Positions 26,141 to 38,070 of a stretch of DNA of 64,000 nucleotides are shown here, piece by piece. How positions within the stretch are numbered: the first letter of the stretch is position 1; each line of letters begins with the position of its first letter. This DNA is from Cycas panzhihuaensis (lineage: Eukaryota; Plantae; Cycadophyta), in NCBI GenBank assembly GCA_023213395.1, contig CM041465.1, forward strand, positions 179,993,741-180,057,740, written 5' to 3'. The notes under the pieces were generated by a model. It saw nothing but the letters and a program-made list of their open reading frames with translations, was not told where the DNA came from and searched no databases. The translations under genes and the position numbers were made by a program.

Positions 26141-26872
26141 GATATGAACATTAAAGGGGAATGTTAGATTTATGTTCATATATAGATGAATCCATATAAA
26201 GACAAATGCGTGAGTCATCTAAGTGATGTGATGAGTCACAAGAGTTACTAAGTCTTAAATAGACTTGTAATTGTGTTATAGGAGTTATTAGGGTCCTCAA
26301 TGGGGATGTGAAAAGTGTCACTTAGTCACAGATTCTTATATGAATCGTTATTAATTCAAATATGTATATAAGGATGTATCATATGTGTAATGTATATGGA
26401 TTAGAAAGATCATTCTAAATGAATGAGATTTAGATTATAAGTAGACCAATTCTACCTGGTAATTCTCTCTTATCATTTTTATCAATTCATATGCTTTATT
26501 GATATTGTTTTGATGAGTTTTATAGTTCAAATTTTGATCCTTATCTTACACCTTTTATAGTCTTTTCCCCTAACCATTTCCTAACTAACTTCTAATTAAC
26601 TCTGATCTAACTTCTAACTAACTCATTAATGATAGTTTATTAATAATAATAATAATTACACCTACTATCATAATTACAATTGTGGTCTCGGTTGTACTTC
26701 TAGTTATACTTGAACTATAATCAAATCTTTGGTCACATTTTTAATCATAGCTAAGCTACGATCAAAACTCTAGTCACACATTTGGTTATACTTGGGCTAC
26801 GATCAAAATTTTAGTCATACTTCTAATTGTACTCTGATTTGCTCTCTTAAGCTTGATTTTCCTCTACACACA

Positions 26873-29215
26873 AAAATAAAGCATATAAGTAGCATAACAA
26901 TGTTGATAAAAAATCTCGAACAAATCTATTAACTGGGAAATTCTCCTATAAGAGGTAAATAATTCTATTCTATGAGAATAGTTAGAATAGATAAAGGGAG
27001 TAGATGTTAGACAAAAGACATTAGAAAAAGGTAAGATTCTTTCATTTATCTCAAGAGGTCTACTCTATTTTTAGAAATCTTTCCTAAGTTCAACAATTAG
27101 TATGGTTGTAAATAGACTTATATTGTTGGACTATTTATCGATCAAAATCTCATAGTTAACATGATTATTTATGGAAGCACTTGTGGTGTCAAAGAATTTT
27201 AAGGGCATTTGGATAGGATTTGTTGCATTCATAGGAGATGATTCTAAACATGCCACAACATTTGCCATTAATATCTTAAGTTATCTTAAATAAAAAATTG
27301 TAGTGGATAATATGAGCCATCACAAGAAGAATTCTAAGTTCATAAAAATTCATTAGTTTCCAATCAACTTAACATTAAAATTATGTGGAATTATAAAAGA
27401 GGTATAATATAATTGGATAGGGTTCTTATCTAAAAAAATCTTGTATAATTTAGAATTCATTCATATAATGACAACCTTTGCCACTTGATTTTAACTTATT
27501 ATAATTTTAGGCTTCTTGTATCAATAATATTTGCCTAGAACCATTGGAATAGGGCTTTACCCAATTGTAATACTAATTGAAAAAATATAGAAAAGAGACC
27601 AATGTTGTCTCTAAAAAAATAACCATTATGAATGCTCTAAAACAAACTTTTGGTTTTTCTTTTCACATAGTGGAGGTTAACCACTCAAATGGTAAAGGGA
27701 GAAACATCATCAACATGAGCTAAGAGGAAGCATTATGCAATTAAAATTAAAGAGATGGCTAAAGGAAAGGAAGTCATCAAGCAAATAAAGGATGTGGAGG
27801 AAATTCTGCCTCTAACATATTAGGAACCTATTATCTTACGATAAGATAAGCAGAAAGTTATTCAACCATAAGTAGAGAATTATGAAGAAATTGTGATTGT
27901 TCACAGGCCAAAATTACTTTGGTTGGTTGTTTAAGAAGCTTCAACTTCAACATCTAAATCACCCAATATAGTTTAATAGTTTACACAACCTAAGGAGGAA
28001 TTAGAATATGTTTCTATCAATGATCATATCTTTAAAGAAGTATTAGATCCAATCTACTATGATAGCGACACATCTAATTGGAAGCGCTTTTTCTAGAAAA
28101 AGTAATTTAAATATTAACACAGGAATTAGAAAGCAAGATGAAGCCACCCCCTAATATTCCAATTGGCTTGATTGATTAACTACAAAATGAATTTGAATGT
28201 AAGCAAGGGAAAGTACAATTTTTCACTAAATGTATTAAGGAATGGGTTGACAATGTTTCCCTTACTTCACCCAAAGGGGCTTTATTCTAAGAAAAGATTC
28301 CACCTAATTTGCAAGATATCATAATAAAACTTGGTACTTGGATCTTATCTATCATAAAATGTTATGAGGAATTACGAGAAACTAATGTTAATATGTGAAA
28401 CTTCAAGAAAAACTAAAGTAGGAACAAGCTCACAAAGTGGAATTCCAATTACAATTAGAGTTCACATTGTAACAAAATTACCAAATAAAGAACTATCCAT
28501 ATCAATTACAACAGTTACAACAAGAGGATATGGATGAATCCAAGGAAGAATTATATCTTATGAAGGAAGAAACTCTTTATTTGATTAGAGAGATGGAATG
28601 TAAAGGAATGATGATTCCTCCAAGCTTTGGTAAGCTTGATTTGTAAGAGTTAAGGGATTATTAGGGTAGGTAAAATGAGTAACGTTAGCAATGTAGGATT
28701 ACTCCTCATGTTATTTATATGTAGTGATGTCAAAAAGAATTCGGGAGAGAGAATTTTTTATACTTTTTTATGAATGAGGGTATTTATCTCAATGATGGAG
28801 AGGGAAGATGTATACAGGAGATATAACCCTATAGTCTTGTATAGACTTTTAAGACTATTGCAATCACATGTTGCAACATATTGTAAGCAAATAGTTATTT
28901 TGAGCATTTAACTAGAAATAGAATGCAATAGTGATAAGACAAAAGAATAGTTGGTTAATAGTTAGAAATAGTTGCAACTATGAAGTATATGAGTGTAATT
29001 ATGTATGGAAAAGATGAATCTATATATGGAACTAAGTGTGTTTCCTGTGAGAAGGATTTACCATACTTTGAATGGAAAATCCTTCTCCCACAAATAAAAT
29101 GACTAATATTTTGAGGCCTTTCTTGTGCAACGTATTGTAAATCTTTTATTGCTAAATACATGTTATTTATTATTATACATTTTTTTATTGTTGGGGTGAG
29201 TGATCAAACAGAACA
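26873..29215 (+). mobile_element. Highly degraded retroelement 3' remnant with a possible 3' LTR (28809-29215)
   Basis: Coding-like Glu/Lys-rich relics at 27750-28650; purine tract ggagagggaaga immediately followed by TG at 28809; possible CA end at 29215; no second LTR to confirm. Confidence 0.35.
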
Positions 29216-30009
29216 TATTAATTAATGAGGATGTAATTTTTAGATTTATTACCCAACAAACATAAGATATATTAAGAGAACAAAGCTAGGTTTCAAGAAT
29301 GATCCTTAAAGCGTAAAGCTCGTGTAATAATGAAGGGAGTGGATCGTCTCTTATTCCAATCATCTTCATGGCTAGTGTGGCTCATGATAAGCATCAATTA
29401 TAACATTTTGCTTTGGTTGTTTATTCAAAATGAGCATTTGATGTTAATGCTAAGATGTTTAGGTATGTTTTGAACATTCTCATTTTGAATTTAATTCTAT
29501 AATATAAGCGATATACAATTAAAATAAATTTATCACCATTAATTTATGTCTTTCTAAGTGGATTAACATTTAAGGAACTTATCAAGTTAAGGACATTATT
29601 GTCTACATTCAACCATTCATCAAGGAAATGTTTACAATTTGAAATGAAACAAGAATGGATGATATATCTCACCTTATTTTTTATATAAGTATTATAGGTA
29701 CTATGAAAAGTATTATATGTTGGACAATTAGTAGCTTCTAAGGGCTTACTTCAGTAATGTTTATATTTAAACTTGCCTAATTTTAACATGATATTTCAAT
29801 TAAACTTACACGATCTTTACATAATATTTCAATTTATAAGTTGTGTATTATTAGATTTAAAATAGCACTATTGCATTAACTAAGTAGCTACTTTTCATTT
29901 TCAAAAGTATTTTCTTAAAAGAAAGTAAAAATGAAGGATTTGAATTATGTGAAAGTTATATAGTGAAAGTTACATTTGGCTCTTAATTTTGGTTAACACT
30001 TATAAAATG

Positions 30010-30499
30010 TAGGGTTATTGAGTTCATAAACCTGGTTAATAGGGTTCAAGAATTTAGTTCCAACGTGAACTGGGTGCATAAGTTCAATTTTGAGTTTGGT
30101 TAAACCCTATATCACATCCTTTATTATATGTTTCTAACCATTTTAAGACTATATCTAAGTCATTTACGGTCATTTCTAAGATATTTCTAGGTTGTTTATA
30201 ATTCTTTTTGGGTAGTTTTAGGTTTTGTTTTCTCTCTTTTTTAACATATATTTTGTTATTATTATACGTATATATACATAAAAATACTTTTATTTTTATT
30301 TACAAAAATATTCAATGTATCATTGTGTATGAATTTAATGATTGTTTTTAATGTTTATGATTTTTTTTAATTTCTTTTATTTATTTCTTTTAATTAAAAA
30401 AAAAAAAGTCAAACCTCAATTTGCAAATCTAATTTTCAAAGGGAGAAATTAAATTCTTCAAACCTCAAAACCTACAAACCCCCAAACCCAACAACCCTG
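30010..30499. mobile_element. hAT-like MITE
   Basis: Imperfect TIRs tagggttattgagttc / aaacccaacaaccctg (12 of 16 match), subterminal ggtt/aacc motifs, AT-rich core; 8-bp TSD only weakly preserved (ataaaatg/gaaaaaag). Confidence 0.6.
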
Positions 30500-30868
30500 G
30501 AAAAAAGAGTTTTTATTGCGTAGTCTACAACATAAATGTACTTGACTAATTGTCTTGAAGTTTTAGTTTACTTCCACTGCATAAAAAACACTTGATTTAC
30601 ATAAAGCATGATAAAATTACAGGAGGCTTTGTAAATTTATTAAAAGTTAACAAGTCATTCCCTTGATTTGAAAACATTAATAATCAGTGCTAGTAGATTG
30701 GATTCCACCTGACATTAATATTATAGTTATTAGTAATCTATGTTGTATAATGCACACAGGCATGCACATAATAAGTCTTAATATAAGAAAAATTATTTGT
30801 TGTAATTATTTAATAGTCAAAGCTAGATAACATTTATCATCACAAAAATCTATTCTATGATAAATTAC

Positions 30869-33800
30869 TATTAGAAAACAAAACCTCGCAATAAGATATT
30901 GACAAACAAAACATAACACACCTCCACAGGATCAAACAAGACCCTTAAGGTACCTCAAATTGTATTAATAAAACATCCTTACAATAACATACAATATGAT
31001 ACACTATATTATGTATTTATAATATAAGTCATTATGGAAGAGTAGGACCCACTTGCATGTGGGACAAATCAAATGTGCATTAATATTCTAACACTCCCCC
31101 TTAATGCACATTTGGGTTATTTGTACTTACAACGCCTTGTCCTCGAAAATGTCTTGAAAATGATATCTTCAACTTGATACTTGTCTTCAATCTTGTAGTG
31201 ATGTCTTTCACGCAAAATGATGTCTTCATCTTGATTTTCATCTTCAATTACAGATCGATGCCTTTGTAAGATGATATCCTTAGCTTGATTTCCATCTTCA
31301 ATTACAGAGGACGACGTTGATGTAGCTACTCTAGTAAGTGCAAATTCTGATTCTTTATTGTGCCTGGTCTAGTCTGATTTTGATGTAGATCCTATAAACA
31401 ACTATCTTCAATCACAACTTGTCTGTCATCGTTATTCTGTATAAACTCTTGAACAACATGTACAATAGTGATTTCTTCAATCTTTGGAGCAGAATCTTGA
31501 TCAACTAGCTTACTCTTTGAAATTGAATCAATGCTCAAAATAGGAATATCATTCAAACTTGAATCAATACTTAAAGTAGGAATATCATCAACATAAGACT
31601 CATCCTTTATAGAACCATCAGATTCATATTCAATCTCTCTTGAAATCATGGTGTCATCTATATAAACCTTTATCAACTCATCACTTTCAATGTCTTCATT
31701 AGTAGTTGTAGTCTCATCAATGCATTCAACTATCGCTTCCTTACATTCAATAGAAATTTCATCAGTACTCATACATTCTTCATCTTGACATGTCGTTTTA
31801 TCAGTGTTATTGATATTTTCTTCATTCAATATACCTGTACCATAACCATAACTAACCTTAACTGCTTTTTCAATCATTCATTGTGTTTTTTCAGGAGTTT
31901 GTTCAAATACTTCCCTTAGAAAATCCCAAGCTTCTTTAGCATTACTTGCATGTAGAATCATAGGAATGACAAAATGGTATTTAGAAGGAAGATCAACCTT
32001 ATTGAATGCAGCACGAATCATAATGAATGCCTTTCTATCTTTCTTCTTAAGTATTTCCTTTACTTCTTCATCCTTAGGGATATCATATTCATCAGTAATA
32101 ATCTTCCACAAACCTCTAGCTATGAATAGACATCTCATTTTAATTGTCTAAAAGAAGTAATCTTCACCATTGCATTTAGGTACTGGAAGAAATGAATCTT
32201 TCAAGTGATATTCATTTGTTTCAGGAACATACATAACCATATCATTCTCTTCCATGATTATAAATTCCATCTCTAAACAATGTGTTCCTTTTTCAATCAA
32301 CAAACTCACCTAACATTAGTAACTTGCTTATTAATCATACTCACCAAATTCTCTCATATCTCATATCTTTCACATCATTCACTTTATCCTCACATCATTG
32401 CCTTTCACATATCACCAACCACTCATCTACAATCCAAACACTCACTTCACCAAATCAATGCTTTATAAATCTCACAATGATCATACATGTCATATGTCGC
32501 TACCAAAACACACATTTCACTTTATTGTCTAAAACGTACAACTCATTCCATTACACTATTTAATAATTTTGCTTCCTTGCAACTCAGGTATCTTCAACAA
32601 GAAACTCATCCTTCTTTACCCATTCAATTAACTAGAATACATCATCAAACATCCCTAATCTCATCCTCAAAACATGCCCAATAATTGCCCAATCTTGTCA
32701 TGTTAACCTCACATGCAACAAGCATCTCATCGCTTTATATCACTATCGTTCTTGCCCTCAAATTAACTTTGTTATGCCCATCAAGTCCCTTCACGTAAAT
32801 CACATTCCACGAGTACTTAATTGTCACATTCCATCCAACTCATTCATGCAAACACATGTACTATTGCTTCGTTATCATACTATGCCATTGTCACAATAGC
32901 TCTCTCATACAAACACATGTAAGAAAGCACTTAAACTATCATTAAACAATCACCATTATCCATCTCAAATCACTAATAGAGTGTCAAATATATTCACATC
33001 AATATGACTTAATATCATCTCATATTGCAACAATACTCTCCCAAGTATAACATATGTAAGAGATCCTCAAACAATCACCTCATTACCATTACCTCATTCA
33101 TGTCACCATATCAATATGAAACCCTTAAATTCCTAAAACTTATTTACGAAAAAGTATAGCTCAAAAATACATAAAATATAGATGGAAATGATGGCCTCAA
33201 ATACGATTCCAACTGTTTAGACAAAATTAAATTCGACATCTAGATAAAAGTTATGCTCCTTTTAAGAATTTTACAATTAGGGTTTCTAGTGTAATAGTAC
33301 CTTCCGATAAACCGATAATGACTTTTTATTCTGAACTCGATGAACCTTTAACCACTTCCATTAGAAATATAATTAAAAATGCACCGAATCAAAAAAAATT
33401 GAGGTCATTTGGATACCGTAGCCAAAGTTATGGCTCTTTGAAGTTGAGGTTGTAGATCCGTCCTAAAAATATGGCGTAAAAATAAGCAGTCGAAATTAAT
33501 TTTGCTACAATTTTCACATTTTCACCCCAAAATCTATAGCGACCACTCAAATTTTATAGAACAAGTTATTTCATCTCAATTTCACCATTACTTTTCGTAA
33601 ATTTCAACATTATGGCACCTCCTAAATCAACGCTCTAATACCAAACGAAAACACCTCTCTCAACCTCAAGGCCTGATACCATATTAGAAAATAAAACCGC
33701 AATAAGATATTGGCAAACAGAACAGAACACACCTCCACAGGATCGAACAGTACCCTTAAGGTACCTCAAATTGTATTAATAAAACATCCTTACAACAACA

Positions 33801-33904
33801 TACAATATGATACACTATATTGTGTATTTATAATATAAGTCATTATGGAAGAATATGATCCACTTGCATGTGGGACAAATCAAATGTACATTAATATTCT
33901 AACA
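30869..33904 (-). mobile_element. Non-autonomous gag-only Copia-type LTR element (3.0 kb)
   Basis: ~224-bp LTRs at 30869-31093 and 33682-33904 (~13 substitutions, one indel); TSD ATTAC (30864-30868, 33905-33909); PBS complement gcctgatacca 33671-33681; PPT complement ctccccctt 31094-31102; no pol. Confidence 0.95.
31126..32255 (-). pseudogene. Truncated Copia gag fused in frame to an acidic low-complexity region
   Basis: VPKCNGEDYFF*TIKMRCLFIARGLWKII...DRKAFIMI...NAKEAWDFL (gag N-terminus); ORFs 31878-32138 and 31392-31877 are contiguous and in frame across one stop; tail is Asp/Glu/Ile/Ser-rich. Confidence 0.8.
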
Positions 33905-35031
33905 ATTACGTAATGCTATTCAAGGATATTCTACGAACATGCAACTTTCATGATGTTCTAAAGAAGATATTTTAGTAATTAAGTTGCAAACAATTATGTA
34001 AGTAGCTCAATAAATGATTCAAGAGATCATAGAGATGATAGTAATCAAGTAGCCATACAATGGGTTACTTATAAATTACATTTTCTTTATATTTATTATT
34101 GAAATTTGATATACTTTCTAATATTTTATTTTGGAAAAGAGATGTTGGCTAAGTTCTAATTACTTTAGAATAAAGTAAAATGTCATAATTCTCATCGCAC
34201 GGGTAGTTATAATACTATAGTGTCACCACCCTCTTACTTTACATGAAGGAAGCTCTGATACAATATTGTAATAGTGCTCTCCAAGAGTACTTAAGCTTAA
34301 AAGACATGTAATAAAATTATAGGATAAAAAAGCAACACATTGTGCTAGTAATCCAAATAATTATTAATATATATGTGCATTCTATGTGATATGATTATGC
34401 AACGAAACATACTTATAATGCAAAGATAAATATTTAGACATGCAACATCATCATAATATGCAATATCTCATAAAAGAAATAACTATTTAAAAATTAGATT
34501 AACATTGCTTAGTTTTATAAAAGTATCCACATAAATTCAAAGCATGAAAATTTATCTTTTTTTAGAAAAAGCTAGATGGCTCAAACATATTCACCACTTA
34601 GCTAACTAGAAACCTATTACAAAAATTTGGTATTAAATTGAGACACATGACATGAATACAAGAGTATTAATTTTTGAATATAACGTTTTATAACTCCTTT
34701 CTAAATCACCAAAACAATAAAATAATAGCTCAACGGTCATTATGACATCAATAAATAACCTAAACTAACTATGCAGCTCAGTAATAACAAGTCTAAGTTT
34801 CAATATTACACCTCATATATGTGCAACATAAAACATCCATATACATCAGACTCTTTATAATGGAGCTAATACCATCCTGTAACATCTCACCATATTAATA
34901 TATTAAGCCCAACCAATGGTTTCACACCACAAATGGAATCACACCATGTCAAAACTGTGTCCATGAATAAGTTGTAGTAGCCATAACTCTCCTAACATCA
35001 CATTAAGGCCTTTAGTATCATACTAAAATTA

Positions 35032-36278
35032 AGACATCACACTCACATATATGTTGTGACACTTCACTATACAATTCTCTAAACATCACACCAATGTACT
35101 ATAGTATCACACCAGAGTTAAACAACCACACCTATAACACAATGAAAATCACCACATAAAGTATCATACTATAATAGTAGTCCAACATATTACCACAACA
35201 GAAACCGTCACGGGATTGTAATAATCAAATTTCAAAAAGGGCCTTTACAGAATAAGCAATTTTATTTAGAAATCTAAAGATAAGAAGACTACCCTATATA
35301 CAAGGGTATTCTTAGCATATATGCATTGGCAAAAGACCCCAAAAGCTAGAAAGATAGAATGTTGAAAAGCCAAAAGCTAAAATGGCAAGAAACTCAAAGG
35401 TGGTGAAAAATTAAAAATACTTAAATTATACACCCCTCTTAATTATAGTACGAGTTAATCGCCTTATGATATTAACTACCTTTTACCACAACTACCTTTA
35501 ATCAATGCAATTTTGAAAGGAATTAGAATAAATCCTTTACTCTAATGATTAAACATATACATAAATGTGAGTTCAACTTTCTCCACCCTTTTAATAGCCA
35601 AGTCAACTTATTACGAGTCAAAACTTGAAACCTTGGCCCCTAAAATTAGGATATCACACTCATATATAAGCTAACATATCACTGTACAACTCCTTAGTGA
35701 TTATACCAAGGTGTTATAAAATTACACCAAAGTTAAGGAATCACATTGACAACACAATGAAAATCACCACATAAAGTACCATACTATAATAGTAGTTTTG
35801 TACATTACCACAATAGAATCATGACAAGATTTTAGTAATCAAATTACAAAAAGAGCCTTTGTAGAATAAGCAATGTTGTTTAGAAATCTAAAGATAAGAA
35901 GACAATTTGCATGTAAGAGTATTTTTGTCCTATACGTGCATCTAATAGAGCTTAAAAGTTAAAAAGATAAAATGTTGGAAAACTAAAAAAAGTCAAAGGT
36001 GGTAAAAAAATACTCAAATTATACATTCCTCTTAATTTATAACAAAAATTAATTACCTAATGTGATTAGCTACCTTTTGCCACAACCAACTTTAATTAAT
36101 ACAATTTAGAAGGCAATTAAAATAAATCCCTAATTCTAATTACACTTTGGAAAAGATTAAACACATTCGTAAATGTGGGTTTAATATGCTCCATTAACCC
36201 TTGTTAATAACCACATTAACCCATTAAGAGGGAATTAGACACAAGAGTCAAAACTTAAAACCCCTCCCCTTAAAATTT
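35032..36278. repeat. Old tandem duplication of a ~620-bp unit (35032-35649 and 35650-36278)
   Basis: Both units contain aacacaatgaaaatcaccacataaagta.catactataatagtagt, tttagaaatctaaagataagaagac and gagtcaaaactt.aaacc. Confidence 0.9.
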
Positions 36279-36704
36279 CCTCTTTTGTTTATGTTATGTA
36301 TCCCCTTCATTTTCCCTTCGAGTAATCCATCCATAGTTGATTATTAATGGGCTTCTCATTTACATCATTTATAATGCATTTGGGCACTTGTCCCCTCAAG
36401 ATAATAATATATACATAGACCTTATACCTCTAATGTATGAAATATTACACTTCAAATATGAAAATGTATATAAATACATCTTTCACACTCAATAAGCTAT
36501 TTCAATATAAAAGAAACTTCTTCAAGATCACACTATCGAGTATAATATTATAATAAATGTCCTTTAATGTTATGAAGGGGGATGATTTCATTATATCATA
36601 AGATAAAATGCATGAAACCCATATATACAATAAATAATATAAGAAGTATGTATACCAAGCAAGATGTTGCATAAAAGCTGAGCCTAAAAAGAATGCTTGC
36701 AAAC

Positions 36705-36816
36705 ATCATTTTGCGTAAGGTATCAAATATTTTACTAGAATTAATAGTGTTTAAGATAAAATCATTTTGCGTAAGGTATCAAATATTTTACTAGAATTAA
36801 TAGTGTTTAAGATAAA
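36705..36816. repeat. Perfect 56-bp tandem duplication
   Basis: atcattttgcgtaaggtatcaaatattttactagaattaatagtgtttaagataaa occurs twice head to tail. Confidence 0.97.
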
Positions 36817-36849
36817 ATAATGGCTGAAATGGTCAGTGAATATGTTAAA

Positions 36850-38070
36850 CAAACTTATTGCGCCGATAGGCGTTCTGGAGACCGTCTCCCAAAGACGTAG
36901 AAGTTGTACGGCAACCCCAGGTTGACGGTGTTTAATTCGGATGTCGAACAGGGAGATTCGACGCTCATATAATAAATCCCCTGTTTTAGCGACTTAAAGG
37001 GGGACCGGATTCAGTGAAAAGTGCTAAGGTGAGTGCATGTACTGGTAGTTAATATCTTATTTTCCCCTTCAGCGCTCGAAAAATAGCAGTACTAGATTTT
37101 TTCGAAAACCCCGTTCCATGGGACCCCGACCTAAGTCCGCTAAAACTTCTCCTAATCTGACCAGCATTTAGTGACAAATATGGCACGGCGAAAGATTTAT
37201 CGTGCAGTGTGTTGATGCATTTTAGAGTTCAAACGACCGGAACTTCTGAACTGACAGAATTCTATACACACTCGGTCCGAGTGTGCAACGAAAACAGTTT
37301 GTTAGGGGAGGCAATAATTTTGCACGAGGTGTCACACGGCAAAGAAAGTAAATCAAACAAGAACTGATCTAATTAAACTTATTACAATATGCAGCATATC
37401 TATCCCACATCGTGAGTTTTGAAGGTAACGCAAACTTGATTTACCCAACGTACTGTAAAATTATACGGAAAATCGGTAGTGTACCACTTTTTCTGAGATT
37501 ATTTTAATGAATTTCGATATCTTGCTGCTCTTCCGAAAAATAGTCCATCCCTTTGTTTATGTACTGCAACGAAACTCCTTCCAAATATAATTTTCTGTGA
37601 CAACAAACGACAAACATGTGGTGTTTGGGGATAAAATATTCTGAATGAGATTTAACAGGGAAACATTAGGCACAATTTGTGGAAAGGAATTTGAGCTGTA
37701 TGACAAGGAAATGCAGGCAAACTCAAATTTAAATAATACGCAGTTAGTTGCCTGTCTGCAAATGTACATTGTTGACGCTACAAATCCAAAACAATATTTC
37801 AGAGGACATAATTTAAGTACACATCATTCATTGATGACGATGGCAATAGCTACGTATGCAAGCAGATCCATTCCTTCCTTCCATTGGCCATGAACGTAAA
37901 CAAACTTACCTTTGCAGGCTGCATACATTTTTACGGAGAGGACTACACCACCAAACCCTATTTGAACACCAAGGCATCGTACAAGTAAAGGAATTTCCCG
38001 GCAAAGAACAGCCTCAAACGTGCCCATCAACTTCCAAGTTCGGTTAAGGATTATGATTGTACGAATCTGT
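36850..38070. promoter_or_regulatory. CpG-retaining non-TE-like island, candidate unmethylated cis-regulatory region
   Basis: About 49 CpG in 1.2 kb versus near absence in the old TEs; about 10 GTAC cores; 19-bp palindrome at 37267-37285; no convincing ORF or TE motif. Confidence 0.5.

Larger units (their letters stand above)
8744..26550 (+). mobile_element. Copia B: Ty1/copia element with gag replaced by captured sequence, interrupted by CRM and Copia C
   Basis: ~390-bp LTRs at 8744-9133 and 26162-26550; PBS tggtattagaac at 9136; PPT aaaggggaa before 26162; pol remnant 23030-26140; no clear TSD. Confidence 0.88.
878..26872 (-). mobile_element. Internally deleted, probably Gypsy-type LTR retrotransposon that hosts Copia A and Copia B
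   Basis: LTR 878-1460 (TG...CA) with a minus-strand PPT (aagggaga) at 1461-1468; second LTR split into 8600-8743 and 26551-26872; internal remnants 1461-2915 and 8320-8599; TSD degenerate (ctaat/aaaat); superfamily assignment is weak. Confidence 0.7.

Noticed and set aside
34190-34225. Possible Helitron 3' end (gcacgggta...ctatag)
   Set aside because: The left hairpin arm and a clean CTRR terminus are missing
37029-37072. Consensus-like splice pair aag|gtgagt ... ttttccccttcag| in the CpG island
   Set aside because: The implied 44-nt intron is shorter than typical plant introns and no flanking coding frame is evident; donor or acceptor could still pair with other sites
37170-37220. Partial resemblance to a miR171-complementary sequence (atatggcacggc) and to miR397 (gtgcagtgtgttgatg)
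   Set aside because: Matches are short, need indels, and no precursor hairpin is visible
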